NCBI GenBank assembly: GCA_945877085.1
Contig: CAMCQV010000001.1
Coordinates: 20,221-84,220 of the forward strand
Source: Chitinophaga pinensis
GTDB taxonomy: Bacteria > Bacteroidota > Bacteroidia > Chitinophagales > Chitinophagaceae
Length of the DNA: 64,000 nucleotides
Direction: 5' to 3'
The notes beneath the pieces are model-generated. The model made no database searches and was not told the DNA's origin. It saw only the letters and a program-made list of their open reading frames with translations. How positions within the stretch are numbered: the stretch's first letter is position 1; the number at the start of each line of letters is the position of its first letter. Positions 19,172 through 27,970 of the stretch are shown here, piece by piece. The translations under genes and the position numbers were made by a program.

Positions 19172-22045
19172 TTATAAAGTACGTTTAACTTCTTCTTCCT
19201 CAAATGCTTCCACGATATCACCTGGCTTAAGGTCGATAAAGTTTTTGATGGTCAAACCACACTCCATATTAGAAACTACTTCTTTCACGTCGTCTTTGAA
19301 ACGTTTCAAGCTGCCTAATTCGGCTGCTTGTCCTTCGCCTCTAGGGAACTCAACGATACCATCACGAATAATACGAATCTTACTGTTTCTACTCAACTTG
19401 CCATCCAATACATAACATCCAGCAACTGTTGCTTTATCAAATTTGTAGACTTCTCTAACCTCCACGTTGGCAACAATTTTCTCTTGGATTTTTGGTTCCA
19501 ACATACCTTCCATAGCGCTCTTAATTTCATCAATCGCGTTATAGATAATCGAGTACATTTTAATTTCAACACCTTCTGTTTCGGCTAAGCGACTTGCTTG
19601 CATACTAGGACGAACGTTGAAACCAATGATGATAGCATCAGAAGCAGCAGAAAGCAATACATCAGATTCAGAAATTTGACCCACGCCTTTCAATACCACT
19701 CTAATCGCAATTTCTTCGGTAGATAATTTTTGTAATGAATCACTCAAGGCTTCTACAGAACCATCCACGTCACCTTTGATGATGATGTTTAATTCTTTAA
19801 AGTTACCTAAAGCCAAACGACGGCCAATCTCGTCTAATGTAATATGTTTTCTAGTTCTCAAGCCTTGCTCTCTTAATAATTGAGAACGCTTGGTCGCTAA
19901 TTCTTTTGCTTCTGATTCGTCGTCATATACTTTGAACTTCTCACCAGCTTGTGGTGCACCATTCAAACCTAATATCACAACAGGTGTAGATGGAGGTGCA
20001 ACTTCGATACGCTGATTACGTTCGTTGAACATGGCTTTAACACGACCGTAAAACTGTCCTGATAAAATTAAATCTCCCTGACGTAATGTACCGTTTTGTA
20101 CAAGTATAGTGGCAACGAAACCACGGCCTTTATCCAAAGAAGCCTCGATAATTGTACCTGTTCCTTCTCTGTTTGGATTGGCTTTTAAATCTAAAATTTC
20201 AGATTCTAATAATACTTTTTCTAATAAAGCATCTACATTCAAACCTTGTTTAGCAGACAATTCTTGGTTTTGGAATTTACCACCCCAAGCTTCTACTAGG
20301 ATATTCATTTGAGATAATTGCTCGTATATTTTTTGTGGCTGCGCACCGTCTTTATCTATCTTATTCACTGCAAAAATCATTGGGACATTCGCCGCTTGAG
20401 AGTGACTGATTGCCTCTTTTGTTTGTGGCATCACTGCGTCGTCTGCAGCCACTACAATAATTGCTATATCTGTTACTTTAGCACCACGCGCACGCATCGC
20501 TGTGAAGGCTTCGTGACCTGGTGTATCCAGGAAAGTGATGGCTTTACCATTTGGCAAAGTCACTTCGTATGCACCAATATGTTGTGTGATACCACCGGCC
20601 TCGCCTGCAACCACATTCGCGTTACGTATATAATCCAATAAAGATGTTTTACCGTGATCTACGTGACCCATGATGGTTACGATTGGAGGACGCTCAACCA
20701 AATTTGCTTGATCTTCTGCTTCTTCTTCCTCATCCATTTCTACGACATCTTCCAATCCAACAAATTCAACTTCGAATCCAAATTCACTTGCAACCAATTC
20801 AATCACCTCCGCATCTAAACGCTGATTGATTGAAACCATGATACCCAAGTTCATACACTTGCTAATAATATCTGCAAAGCTTACATCCATCAAACTCGAC
20901 AACTCACTCACAGTAACAAATTCTGTTACCTGTAATTTATTGTCTTCTCTTTGTTCGTTATTTTCATTTTCAGCAGCTTCTTCTCTTCTTTGACGACGAT
21001 ACTTAGATTTCGTGCCCTTACTACGACCACCTTGGCCAGATAATTTAGCCTGCGTTTCCTTGATCTTATCTTGAATTGCTTTCTGATCGATTTCTTTTTG
21101 CTCAGCAGTTTGCGGCATATTTCTTCCGCGTGCACCACCTTGTCCAGGACGAGTTCCATTATTAGGACGATTGCCTTGATAGCCACCACCTTGTCCACCT
21201 TGTGGACGATTGCCTTGGTAACCACCGCCTTGAGGACGATTGCCTTGATAGCCACCGCTACTTTGTGTTTGACCACCTTGTCCAGTTTGACCTGGTTGAT
21301 TTGGTCTACCTTGAACAGGGATACGCTTACGTACACGTTTTTCTTCCTGAGTTAAAGGTTTTGGTCTAGTATCGCTATTAGTTGGTAAATCAATTTTACC
21401 TAAAATGACTGGACCTGTTAACTTATCTGCTTGGATATTGGTAATTGCGCCATGCACATTTTCAGGAGCAATCGAGTGGTCTACTGGAGGCGCTTTTGGA
21501 GCTGGTGTTGGATCTGCTTTTTTAGCAGCCGCTTTTGCAGCCGGCGCTTTTGGAGCAGCCGCTTTAGGTGCAGGCTCTTCTGTTTTTTTAGCGGTCTTTT
21601 TTGGTCTAGTAGAAGAGTCGATTGCAGATAGGTCTATCTTATTCAACACTTTTGGTGCTTCCACCTCAGGTGTTTCAATTTTTATTGTAGCTGGCGCTGC
21701 TTCGACTGGCGCTGCTTCAGCAATTTTTGATGCTTTTGGCGTTTCCACAACTGGCGTTTCAGCAACAACTGCTTTTTTAGCTGGAGCAATTTCTTCCTCC
21801 GCTTTTTTGCCTTTGTCTGCTATTGCATTTTTTGGCAATTCCACATGGTCTGCCTTATTCTTAGCAACCTTGTCGCTTTGGAATTCTGCCTGCAAAGCAT
21901 AGTACTGACTTTCAGTTAATTTGGCTGTTGGCTTAAGGTCATCCTTAGGAAAACCTTTTGTACTAAGGAATTCAATCAAGGTATCTTGACCGATGTTGAA
22001 TTCTTTAGCAGCTGCTAACAGTCTTGGTAGTTTCAATTCTGACAT
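19172..22045 (-). CDS. infB: Translation initiation factor IF-2
   Basis: [32 protein letters not shown] and SLKRFKDD motifs; downstream of nusA. Confidence 0.98.
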   Translation of the reverse strand: MSELKLPRLLAAAKEFNIGQDTLIEFLSTKGFPKDDLKPTAKLTESQYYALQAEFQSDKVAKNKADHVELPKNAIADKGKKAEEEIAPAKKAVVAETPVVETPKASKIAEAAPVEAAPATIKIETPEVEAPKVLNKIDLSAIDSSTRPKKTAKKTEEPAPKAAAPKAPAAKAAAKKADPTPAPKAPPVDHSIAPENVHGAITNIQADKLTGPVILGKIDLPTNSDTRPKPLTQEEKRVRKRIPVQGRPNQPGQTGQGGQTQSSGGYQGNRPQGGGYQGNRPQGGQGGGYQGNRPNNGTRPGQGGARGRNMPQTAEQKEIDQKAIQDKIKETQAKLSGQGGRSKGTKSKYRRQRREEAAENENNEQREDNKLQVTEFVTVSELSSLMDVSFADIISKCMNLGIMVSINQRLDAEVIELVASEFGFEVEFVGLEDVVEMDEEEEAEDQANLVERPPIVTIMGHVDHGKTSLLDYIRNANVVAGEAGGITQHIGAYEVTLPNGKAITFLDTPGHEAFTAMRARGAKVTDIAIIVVAADDAVMPQTKEAISHSQAANVPMIFAVNKIDKDGAQPQKIYEQLSQMNILVEAWGGKFQNQELSAKQGLNVDALLEKVLLESEILDLKANPNREGTGTIIEASLDKGRGFVATILVQNGTLRQGDLILSGQFYGRVKAMFNERNQRIEVAPPSTPVVILGLNGAPQAGEKFKVYDDESEAKELATKRSQLLREQGLRTRKHITLDEIGRRLALGNFKELNIIIKGDVDGSVEALSDSLQKLSTEEIAIRVVLKGVGQISESDVLLSAASDAIIIGFNVRPSMQASRLAETEGVEIKMYSIIYNAIDEIKSAMEGMLEPKIQEKIVANVEVREVYKFDKATVAGCYVLDGKLSRNSKIRIIRDGIVEFPRGEGQAAELGSLKRFKDDVKEVVSNMECGLTIKNFIDLKPGDIVEAFEEEEVKRTL
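21165..21258 (-). repeat. Three coding repeats of GGYQGNRP in the IF-2 N-terminal region
   Basis: ggacgattgccttgRtaRccacc at 21165, 21204 and 21234 on the + strand. Confidence 0.9.
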
Positions 22046-22114
22046 TTGAATGTTTTTTGTCCCTTTTTTTGAACAGAGACGCGTTCCTTTTACAAATATA
22101 CTTCTATTTAAAGG

Positions 22115-23365
22115 TTATTCACCTTTAGCAAACTCTTCTGTCAAGACACGGCGAACTTCCGCAATGGTCTCTACTTCTAAGTCTGTTCTTTTTTCTAATT
22201 CTTCTGCGCTTAATTTTAATACGCTTCTTCCCGTATCACAACCAACACGCTTAAATTCATCGATAATCCATGCTTCAATCTCATCGCTAAATTCATCTAA
22301 ATCAATATCGAATTCATCAACAATCTCTTCGTCTTCACGGTACACATCTAATTCATAGCCTGTTAATTCAGAGGCCAATTTGATATTCACACCACGACGA
22401 CCAATTGCTAAAGAAACTTGATCTGATTGTAAGTATACTTCGGCACGCTTACGTTCAGCATCAATATTCATATAACTAATTTTTGAAGGCGTCAATGAAC
22501 GTTGAATTAATAATTGTGTATTCGTTGTAAAATTAATGACATCAATATTTTCATTTTTTAATTCTCTTACAATACCATGAATACGAGAACCTTTCATACC
22601 CACACAAGCACCTACTGGATCAATACGATCATCGAATGATTCAACAGCCACTTTTGCGCGCTCACCTGGCTCACGAACAATTTTCTTAATAGTGATTAAA
22701 CCATCAAAAATTTCTGGCACTTCTATTTCTAATAATTTTGCTAGGAATAATGGGCTTGTTCTAGATAAGATAATGACAGGTGAATTATTCTTCATATCCA
22801 CTCTTGCAATAACCGCTCTGATTGTTTCACCCTTCTTGAAAAAGTCTTGAGGAATTTGTTCTGTTTTTGGAAGAATCAATTCATTGCCTTCTTCATCTAA
22901 TAACAATACTTCTTTTTTCCAAACCTGATAAATTTCAGCATTGATGATTTCACCAATTCTATCAGAATACTTTTGAACTAAAACGTTTTTCTTTAAATCA
23001 TTGATACGAGAAGCTAATGTCTGCTTTGCAGCAAGGATAGCCCTTCTACCAAAATCGTAGATATTCACCTCCTCTAATAATTCTTCGCCAATTTCAAAAT
23101 CAGGCTCGATTTTGATGGCATCAGAATAAGATACTTCAGCTAAAGGATTGTCTACATCATCGTCCGGTCTGATTTCACGACGACGGATGATTTCCAAATC
23201 ACCTTTTTCTGCGTTTACGATTACATCGAAGTTTTCATCACTACCATATTTTTTTCTCAATAAGGTTTTGAATACATCTTCTACTACTTTCATCATCGTA
23301 GGACGATCTATATTTTCAGCGTCTTTAAACTCCGCGAAAGCTTCAATTAGATTTATACTTGCCAT
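22115..23365 (-). CDS. nusA: Transcription termination/antitermination factor NusA
   Basis: FGRRAI, S1 and KH domains, REPGERAKVAV, IDPVGACVG, SLAIGRRG. Confidence 0.97.
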   Translation of the reverse strand: MASINLIEAFAEFKDAENIDRPTMMKVVEDVFKTLLRKKYGSDENFDVIVNAEKGDLEIIRRREIRPDDDVDNPLAEVSYSDAIKIEPDFEIGEELLEEVNIYDFGRRAILAAKQTLASRINDLKKNVLVQKYSDRIGEIINAEIYQVWKKEVLLLDEEGNELILPKTEQIPQDFFKKGETIRAVIARVDMKNNSPVIILSRTSPLFLAKLLEIEVPEIFDGLITIKKIVREPGERAKVAVESFDDRIDPVGACVGMKGSRIHGIVRELKNENIDVINFTTNTQLLIQRSLTPSKISYMNIDAERKRAEVYLQSDQVSLAIGRRGVNIKLASELTGYELDVYREDEEIVDEFDIDLDEFSDEIEAWIIDEFKRVGCDTGRSVLKLSAEELEKRTDLEVETIAEVRRVLTEEFAKGE

Positions 23366-23404
23366 AACATCATTTTTTTATCAAGCGGTCTAGCTTGAGA
23401 TTTG

Positions 23405-23875
23405 TTAAAATTGAATTTGAACTATAGTTGATTTTATATTTTCAAATGGAATCAGCATGGTTTCTTGGGTCGCTTTTTTCCCCTTGCCAGCAGTCCATTC
23501 TATTAAAATAGCCTTATCAGTGACTTCTTTCATTACGCCCGTAAAAACAGCTTCGTCATTCAATATCACCTCTACGGTACGTCCAATATTTTTTACATAT
23601 TGTCTGTTTAAAATCAAAGGCTCTTCTACACCAGGCGAAGAAACTTCCAATGCAAAATCACCTTCTGGGAACCATGCAGCTTCTTCGATGGCCTTGTACA
23701 ACCTTCTATTGAATGAAGTACATTGTTTGATAGGCAAACCTTGGTCGCCATCAATATATACTCTTATTATATGACCAGGCTTTACTTTGATGTGCACCAA
23801 AAAATAGCTTGGATCCTCTTGTAAAAAAGGCTCTAATAAGGTATAAACCCTGTCTTTTAATTCGTTTACTTCCAT
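23405..23875 (-). CDS. rimP: Ribosome maturation factor RimP
   Basis: LEVSSPGV motif; first gene of rimP-nusA-infB; start moved to ATG 23875. Confidence 0.92.
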   Translation of the reverse strand: MEVNELKDRVYTLLEPFLQEDPSYFLVHIKVKPGHIIRVYIDGDQGLPIKQCTSFNRRLYKAIEEAAWFPEGDFALEVSSPGVEEPLILNRQYVKNIGRTVEVILNDEAVFTGVMKEVTDKAILIEWTAGKGKKATQETMLIPFENIKSTIVQIQF

Positions 23876-23879
23876 ACTT

Positions 23880-23912
23880 AAAAAAGAAGAAGGGAACGAT
23901 TTCGTTCCCTTC
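23880..23912 (-). promoter_or_regulatory. rimP leader terminator/attenuator hairpin
   Basis: GAAGGGAACGA-aa-TCGTTCCCTTC followed by TTCTTTTTT, between the -7 element (TACCTTTG, 23934-23941) and the rimP ATG. Confidence 0.75.
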
Positions 23913-23995
23913 ATTTCTCTGCATATTCTAGACCAAAGGTAATAAAAGCGGATGAAATCACCCAATTTTATTCAATCTGGACGTATTTTTGTGGT

Positions 23996-24256
23996 ATGAC
24001 GAAGCTATTGATTTACGGATTCCTTATTTATCTGTTGTATAAATTGATCTTTAATGTCGTACTTCCTGTGCGTAAAGGGGTCAAGACTGTTCGCCAAAAT
24101 ATGGAAGAAATGCAACGAAAAATGGCCGAAGCACAGCAGCAAAACGCCAATTATTCTGGGTTTACGACCCAAAATCCACCTAAGGCAGCACCAAAGTCAA
24201 GTAACGAGTCAGCTAAAAAAGACGCCGATTATATTGATTTTGAAGAAGTTAAGTAA
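23996..24256 (+). CDS. Small membrane protein, DUF4834-like
   Basis: N-terminal TM helix and C-terminal DYIDFEEVK signature typical of Bacteroidota. Confidence 0.75.
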   Translation: MTKLLIYGFLIYLLYKLIFNVVLPVRKGVKTVRQNMEEMQRKMAEAQQQNANYSGFTTQNPPKAAPKSSNESAKKDADYIDFEEVK

Positions 24257-24319
24257 TTTTTTGATTCTTTTTGGACCCATTCATCCCCTTTTAGACCCTT
24301 TGTTAGATTTATAGATGGA

Positions 24320-24946
24320 CTATTGTCCTAAAATCTTAGGTAATTCAGTTTCAATGAACATTCCTGGTTGCAAAAATAATACCTGTAATCCAATCGAAGC
24401 AGCTCCAATGATATTGGGCTCATTGTCGTCAATGAACAAAGTTTCAGCAGCGTTAAGACCTTCTTGGTCTAAGATATATTGAAAAGAGGCCGGGTCAGGC
24501 TTACGCATCCCCATATGATGAGAATAATAAGGTTTTTTAAATAGCTTTTCGAAATCCCCACCTATTTCCCTTTCAAATTGAGGAAGCACATAATCACAAT
24601 GTATCTGATTGGTATTGGAATATAGAAACATGGGGAATTTTTCTTGATTTGCTTTAATCCAATCCATGCTCTCTTTTCTAAAACCAATGAGCAAGGAATT
24701 CCAGGCAGAAATGATTTGACTATGACTCAATGATAAATTATACAATTGATTAAAGCCTTCGCAGAAGCCTGCTTGGTCGATCAATCCTTTTTCTATATCG
24801 TAAAATAGCTGATCACACTTGTTGAGTGTAAAATGATTTTGAAAATTAGGAACACCTAATGCATCAAATTGCTCATACATATTATTGAAGTCAATATCGT
24901 ACAAGACATTGCCTAAATCAAAAATGATATTTTTTATTGGAGTCAT
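24320..24946 (-). CDS. HAD-family phosphatase (YihX-like)
   Basis: FDLGNVL, SNTN, RKPD and FIDD motifs. Confidence 0.88.
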   Translation of the reverse strand: MTPIKNIIFDLGNVLYDIDFNNMYEQFDALGVPNFQNHFTLNKCDQLFYDIEKGLIDQAGFCEGFNQLYNLSLSHSQIISAWNSLLIGFRKESMDWIKANQEKFPMFLYSNTNQIHCDYVLPQFEREIGGDFEKLFKKPYYSHHMGMRKPDPASFQYILDQEGLNAAETLFIDDNEPNIIGAASIGLQVLFLQPGMFIETELPKILGQ

Positions 24947-25044
24947 AAATTAGTGAAATAAATTATAAATGAATTGTGCTTAATTGTATGCAAAGATACA
25001 AATAGATTGATTTAAGCTATTTATACAAATTGTATATTTGAAAT

Positions 25045-25437
25045 ATGCAACAAAATTTAGCCCATATTGCTGTGGTTGTTCGTGATTACGATGAAGCCAT
25101 TCAGTATTATACAAGCGTACTTGGATTTAAATTAATCGAAGACACGGTATTGTCTGAAACTAAAAGATGGGTGATGGTACAGCCAACTGGAGCAAACAAT
25201 GATTGCATGTTATTGCTTGCAAAAGCTGCCACACCCGAACAAGAAAAATTCATTGGCTATCAAACTGGAGGTCGTGTATTTTTATTTTTATACACCGACG
25301 ATTTTTACCGCGATTTTGAAAACTATACAGCTAAAGGTATTGAATTCACTATCCCTCCTCATGTAGAAGCTTATGGAACAGTGGCTGTATTTAAAGATCT
25401 TTATGGGAATCTTTGGGACTTGATTGAGCCTTCATAG
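25045..25437 (+). CDS. VOC/glyoxalase family protein
   Basis: HIAVVVRDYDEA, KRWV, QTGGRVFLFL and DLYGNLWDL motifs. Confidence 0.88.
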   Translation: MQQNLAHIAVVVRDYDEAIQYYTSVLGFKLIEDTVLSETKRWVMVQPTGANNDCMLLLAKAATPEQEKFIGYQTGGRVFLFLYTDDFYRDFENYTAKGIEFTIPPHVEAYGTVAVFKDLYGNLWDLIEPS

Positions 25438-26032
25438 CTGCTGCCAAATGCTTGCAAGCAGCGTCTCCTTTGTTTAATTCGTTCTGAATATTCGCATGTG
25501 AAGCCTCGTCTCGGTTTTGACTCAACTTAAACACATGCTGTAAATCATTTACGACAATATCAAATGAATAAATGGCTTTCATGTTTTGTTCCATGTATTC
25601 CTGAGATAAATTTTTTACTTGTGTTGGTGCATCCACATCTTTTTCAAAATACAAAGTCAATTCGGTGAGTAAATTTCTTAAATGCGCTTCGTCTTTTATT
25701 TCTAATTGTCCTTTAGCATGCACGGTTTGATAGTTCCAAGTACTTCCCATATTTTTTGTCGTATACCAATTAGCGCTTACAAATGCAGAAGGTGCTGAAA
25801 AAATAACCAATACATTTTTATTGACTTCAAAAGCATTGCTATGATCCTGCTTGCGCATGATATGTCCACTAATAGTGATAATATCATTTTCTACTTTCAT
25901 TAACACAGGAATATGCGTGGCTACTGGAAGCCCTTTGCTGTCTACACCACAAATGGTTGCAAAGGGATTGGCCTGCATAAAGTCAATGACTTGTTGATGA
26001 TTGCTGGCTTTGAAATGAGGAATATTGTACAT
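25391..26032 (-). CDS. PaiB-like FMN-binding split-barrel protein
   Basis: MYNIPHF, ATHIP, TWNYQTVH and KLSQNR motifs. Confidence 0.85.
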   Translation of the reverse strand: MYNIPHFKASNHQQVIDFMQANPFATICGVDSKGLPVATHIPVLMKVENDIITISGHIMRKQDHSNAFEVNKNVLVIFSAPSAFVSANWYTTKNMGSTWNYQTVHAKGQLEIKDEAHLRNLLTELTLYFEKDVDAPTQVKNLSQEYMEQNMKAIYSFDIVVNDLQHVFKLSQNRDEASHANIQNELNKGDAACKHLAAAMKAQSSPKDSHKDL

Positions 26033-26128
26033 AGTGAAAATATTGAGGATTGAAATTTAAATCAAAAAATTTTTAATTGAATCGCTTACAAAAAATTATA
26101 AAAAATAGATTTTAAAAATAATTATGTT

Positions 26129-26587
26129 TTATAAAGGCAATGCAGTAGTTGTTTTAATCTCATCCATCACAAACAAACTATTGATATGTGCAACCATTGG
26201 AAGGACCGCTAGTTTTTCTTGGTAAAATTGATTGTACGTCTCTACATCCTTCGTCACCACTTTTAAATAATAATCAAAACTTCCAGAAACCAAACTGCAA
26301 GATATGATCTCATCAAATTGTAAAATGATTTGTTCAAATTCTGCGAAATTATTTTTTGTTTGCTTGTCCAAAGTAACATGACAAAATACGACCATGCCTA
26401 AATCAATTTTTTTTCGATTGATTAAAGCCACATAGTTGGCAATCACCCCATCCGCTTCTAGCCTTTTGATGCGGTCATGGGTGGGACTCACCGATAAATT
26501 AATTTCCGCACTAATATCTTTTAAAGTGGCCAATGCATTTTTTTGCAAAATGCTTAAAATGGCAAGATCGGTTGGGTCTAAGTTCAT
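26129..26587 (-). CDS. Lrp/AsnC transcriptional regulator (AldR-like by position)
   Basis: LDPTDLAIL HTH, RIKRLE, SGSFDY; divergent from ald. Confidence 0.92.
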   Translation of the reverse strand: MNLDPTDLAILSILQKNALATLKDISAEINLSVSPTHDRIKRLEADGVIANYVALINRKKIDLGMVVFCHVTLDKQTKNNFAEFEQIILQFDEIISCSLVSGSFDYYLKVVTKDVETYNQFYQEKLAVLPMVAHINSLFVMDEIKTTTALPL

Positions 26588-26757
26588 AAGCTACTAATTT
26601 ATAAGCGTAAGAATTTCGGTGAAAATGCGAATTCTAGCTCAAATTTACTGCTAATTTCTATTTATTTAAATTTTTAAAGCATTTTTTACTGTATTATTTC
26701 ATTTAATTAATAATATTTTCTTTTTACAGAACTTTATACAGAAATAAAACTAATACT

Positions 26758-27843
26758 ATGATTATTGGCGTTCCTAAAGAAATTAAGATCCAGGAGTACC
26801 GTGTAGGTTTAACCCCTGAAGGTGTGGATGCTTTGTCAAGACAAGGCCATACTGTTTACGTTGAAACAAATGCTGGTGCTGGATCAGGATTTTCTGACGA
26901 GGCTTATGTGTCGGTGGGTGCGCAAATTTTGCCAACCGCAGCCGAAGTGTATGCCATTGCAGAAATGATCGTTAAAGTAAAAGAGCCTTTGGCTGCTGAA
27001 TATGGTTTGATCAAGTCTGGTCAAATATTATTTACTTATTTCCACTTTGCTGCTTCTAAAGAATTAACAGAAGCGATGATGAAAACGCATGCAGTATGTA
27101 TCGCATATGAAACAGTTGAATTACCAGATGGCTCATTACCATTATTAGTGCCGATGTCAGAAGTGGCTGGAAGAATGGCGGTGAATGTGGGTGCTTATTA
27201 TTTAGGCAAGCCTTTCGGTGGCAAAGGAAAATTATTAGGTGGTGTGCCAGGTGTGAAGCCAGCAGAAGTATTGGTAATTGGTGGTGGTATTGTGGGAACA
27301 CAAGCTGCTAAGATGGCTGCAGGATTGGGCGCACATGTAACAATCATGGATACCAACTTAGCTAGACTAAGGTATTTATCGGATGTGATGCCTGCGAATG
27401 TAGTGACGCAATATTCTACTTTATTAGCAATCAAAGAAAAATTACCTACTGTTGATTTATTAATTGGTGCAGTTTTATTACATGGCGCAAAAGCACCACA
27501 CTTAGTGAAGCAAGCAGATTTAAAATTAATGGAAGCAGGTTCTGTGATTGTAGACGTAGCAGTAGATCAAGGTGGATGTATTGAAACTTGCAAGCCAACT
27601 ACGCACGAAAATCCAGTATTCACGATAGATGGGATCACGCATTATTGCGTTGCAAATATGCCAGGTGCTGTGCCTCAAACTAGCACTAGAGCTTTAACAC
27701 AAGCCACTTTACCATACGCACTTGCGATTGCAAACAAAGGATGGGAAATTGCATGTGCCGAGAATCAAGCATTAGCAAAAGGATTGAACATTAGAGCTGG
27801 TAAGATTTTACACAAGGGTGTGTCTGAAGCTTTTAACGGATAA
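26758..27843 (+). CDS. ald: Alanine dehydrogenase
   Basis: GVPKEIK..EYRV, KVKEP, PMSEVAGR, DVAVDQGG and HYCVANMPG motifs. Confidence 0.96.
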   Translation: MIIGVPKEIKIQEYRVGLTPEGVDALSRQGHTVYVETNAGAGSGFSDEAYVSVGAQILPTAAEVYAIAEMIVKVKEPLAAEYGLIKSGQILFTYFHFAASKELTEAMMKTHAVCIAYETVELPDGSLPLLVPMSEVAGRMAVNVGAYYLGKPFGGKGKLLGGVPGVKPAEVLVIGGGIVGTQAAKMAAGLGAHVTIMDTNLARLRYLSDVMPANVVTQYSTLLAIKEKLPTVDLLIGAVLLHGAKAPHLVKQADLKLMEAGSVIVDVAVDQGGCIETCKPTTHENPVFTIDGITHYCVANMPGAVPQTSTRALTQATLPYALAIANKGWEIACAENQALAKGLNIRAGKILHKGVSEAFNG

Positions 27844-27909
27844 GATTTGATTTTGAATCCCATAAATAAATTATTTATAAAACGGGATTCATAAAAATCC
27901 AAAGGCTTT

Positions 27910-27948
27910 CAAAAAAATACCCTCGCAAATTGCGAGGGTATTTTTTTG
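27910..27948. terminator. Bidirectional intrinsic terminator
   Basis: CAAAAAAATACCCTCGCAA-a-TTGCGAGGGTATTTTTTTG between convergent ald and TonB receptor. Confidence 0.9.
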
Positions 27949-27970
27949 CTTATTAAAACTAAAATTTCAA

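Noticed and set aside
21165-21258. Repeats considered as a mini-CRISPR array
   Set aside because: They are in-frame coding repeats inside infB, with no spacers of CRISPR length and no cas genes.
24257-24319. Degenerate TTTTRGACCC repeats in the intergenic gap
   Set aside because: Only two short imperfect copies; not distinguishable from chance.
26588-26757. Lrp/AldR binding sites upstream of ald
   Set aside because: They probably exist, but only weak AT-rich motifs (TTTACTG twice) are visible, so sites cannot be delimited.
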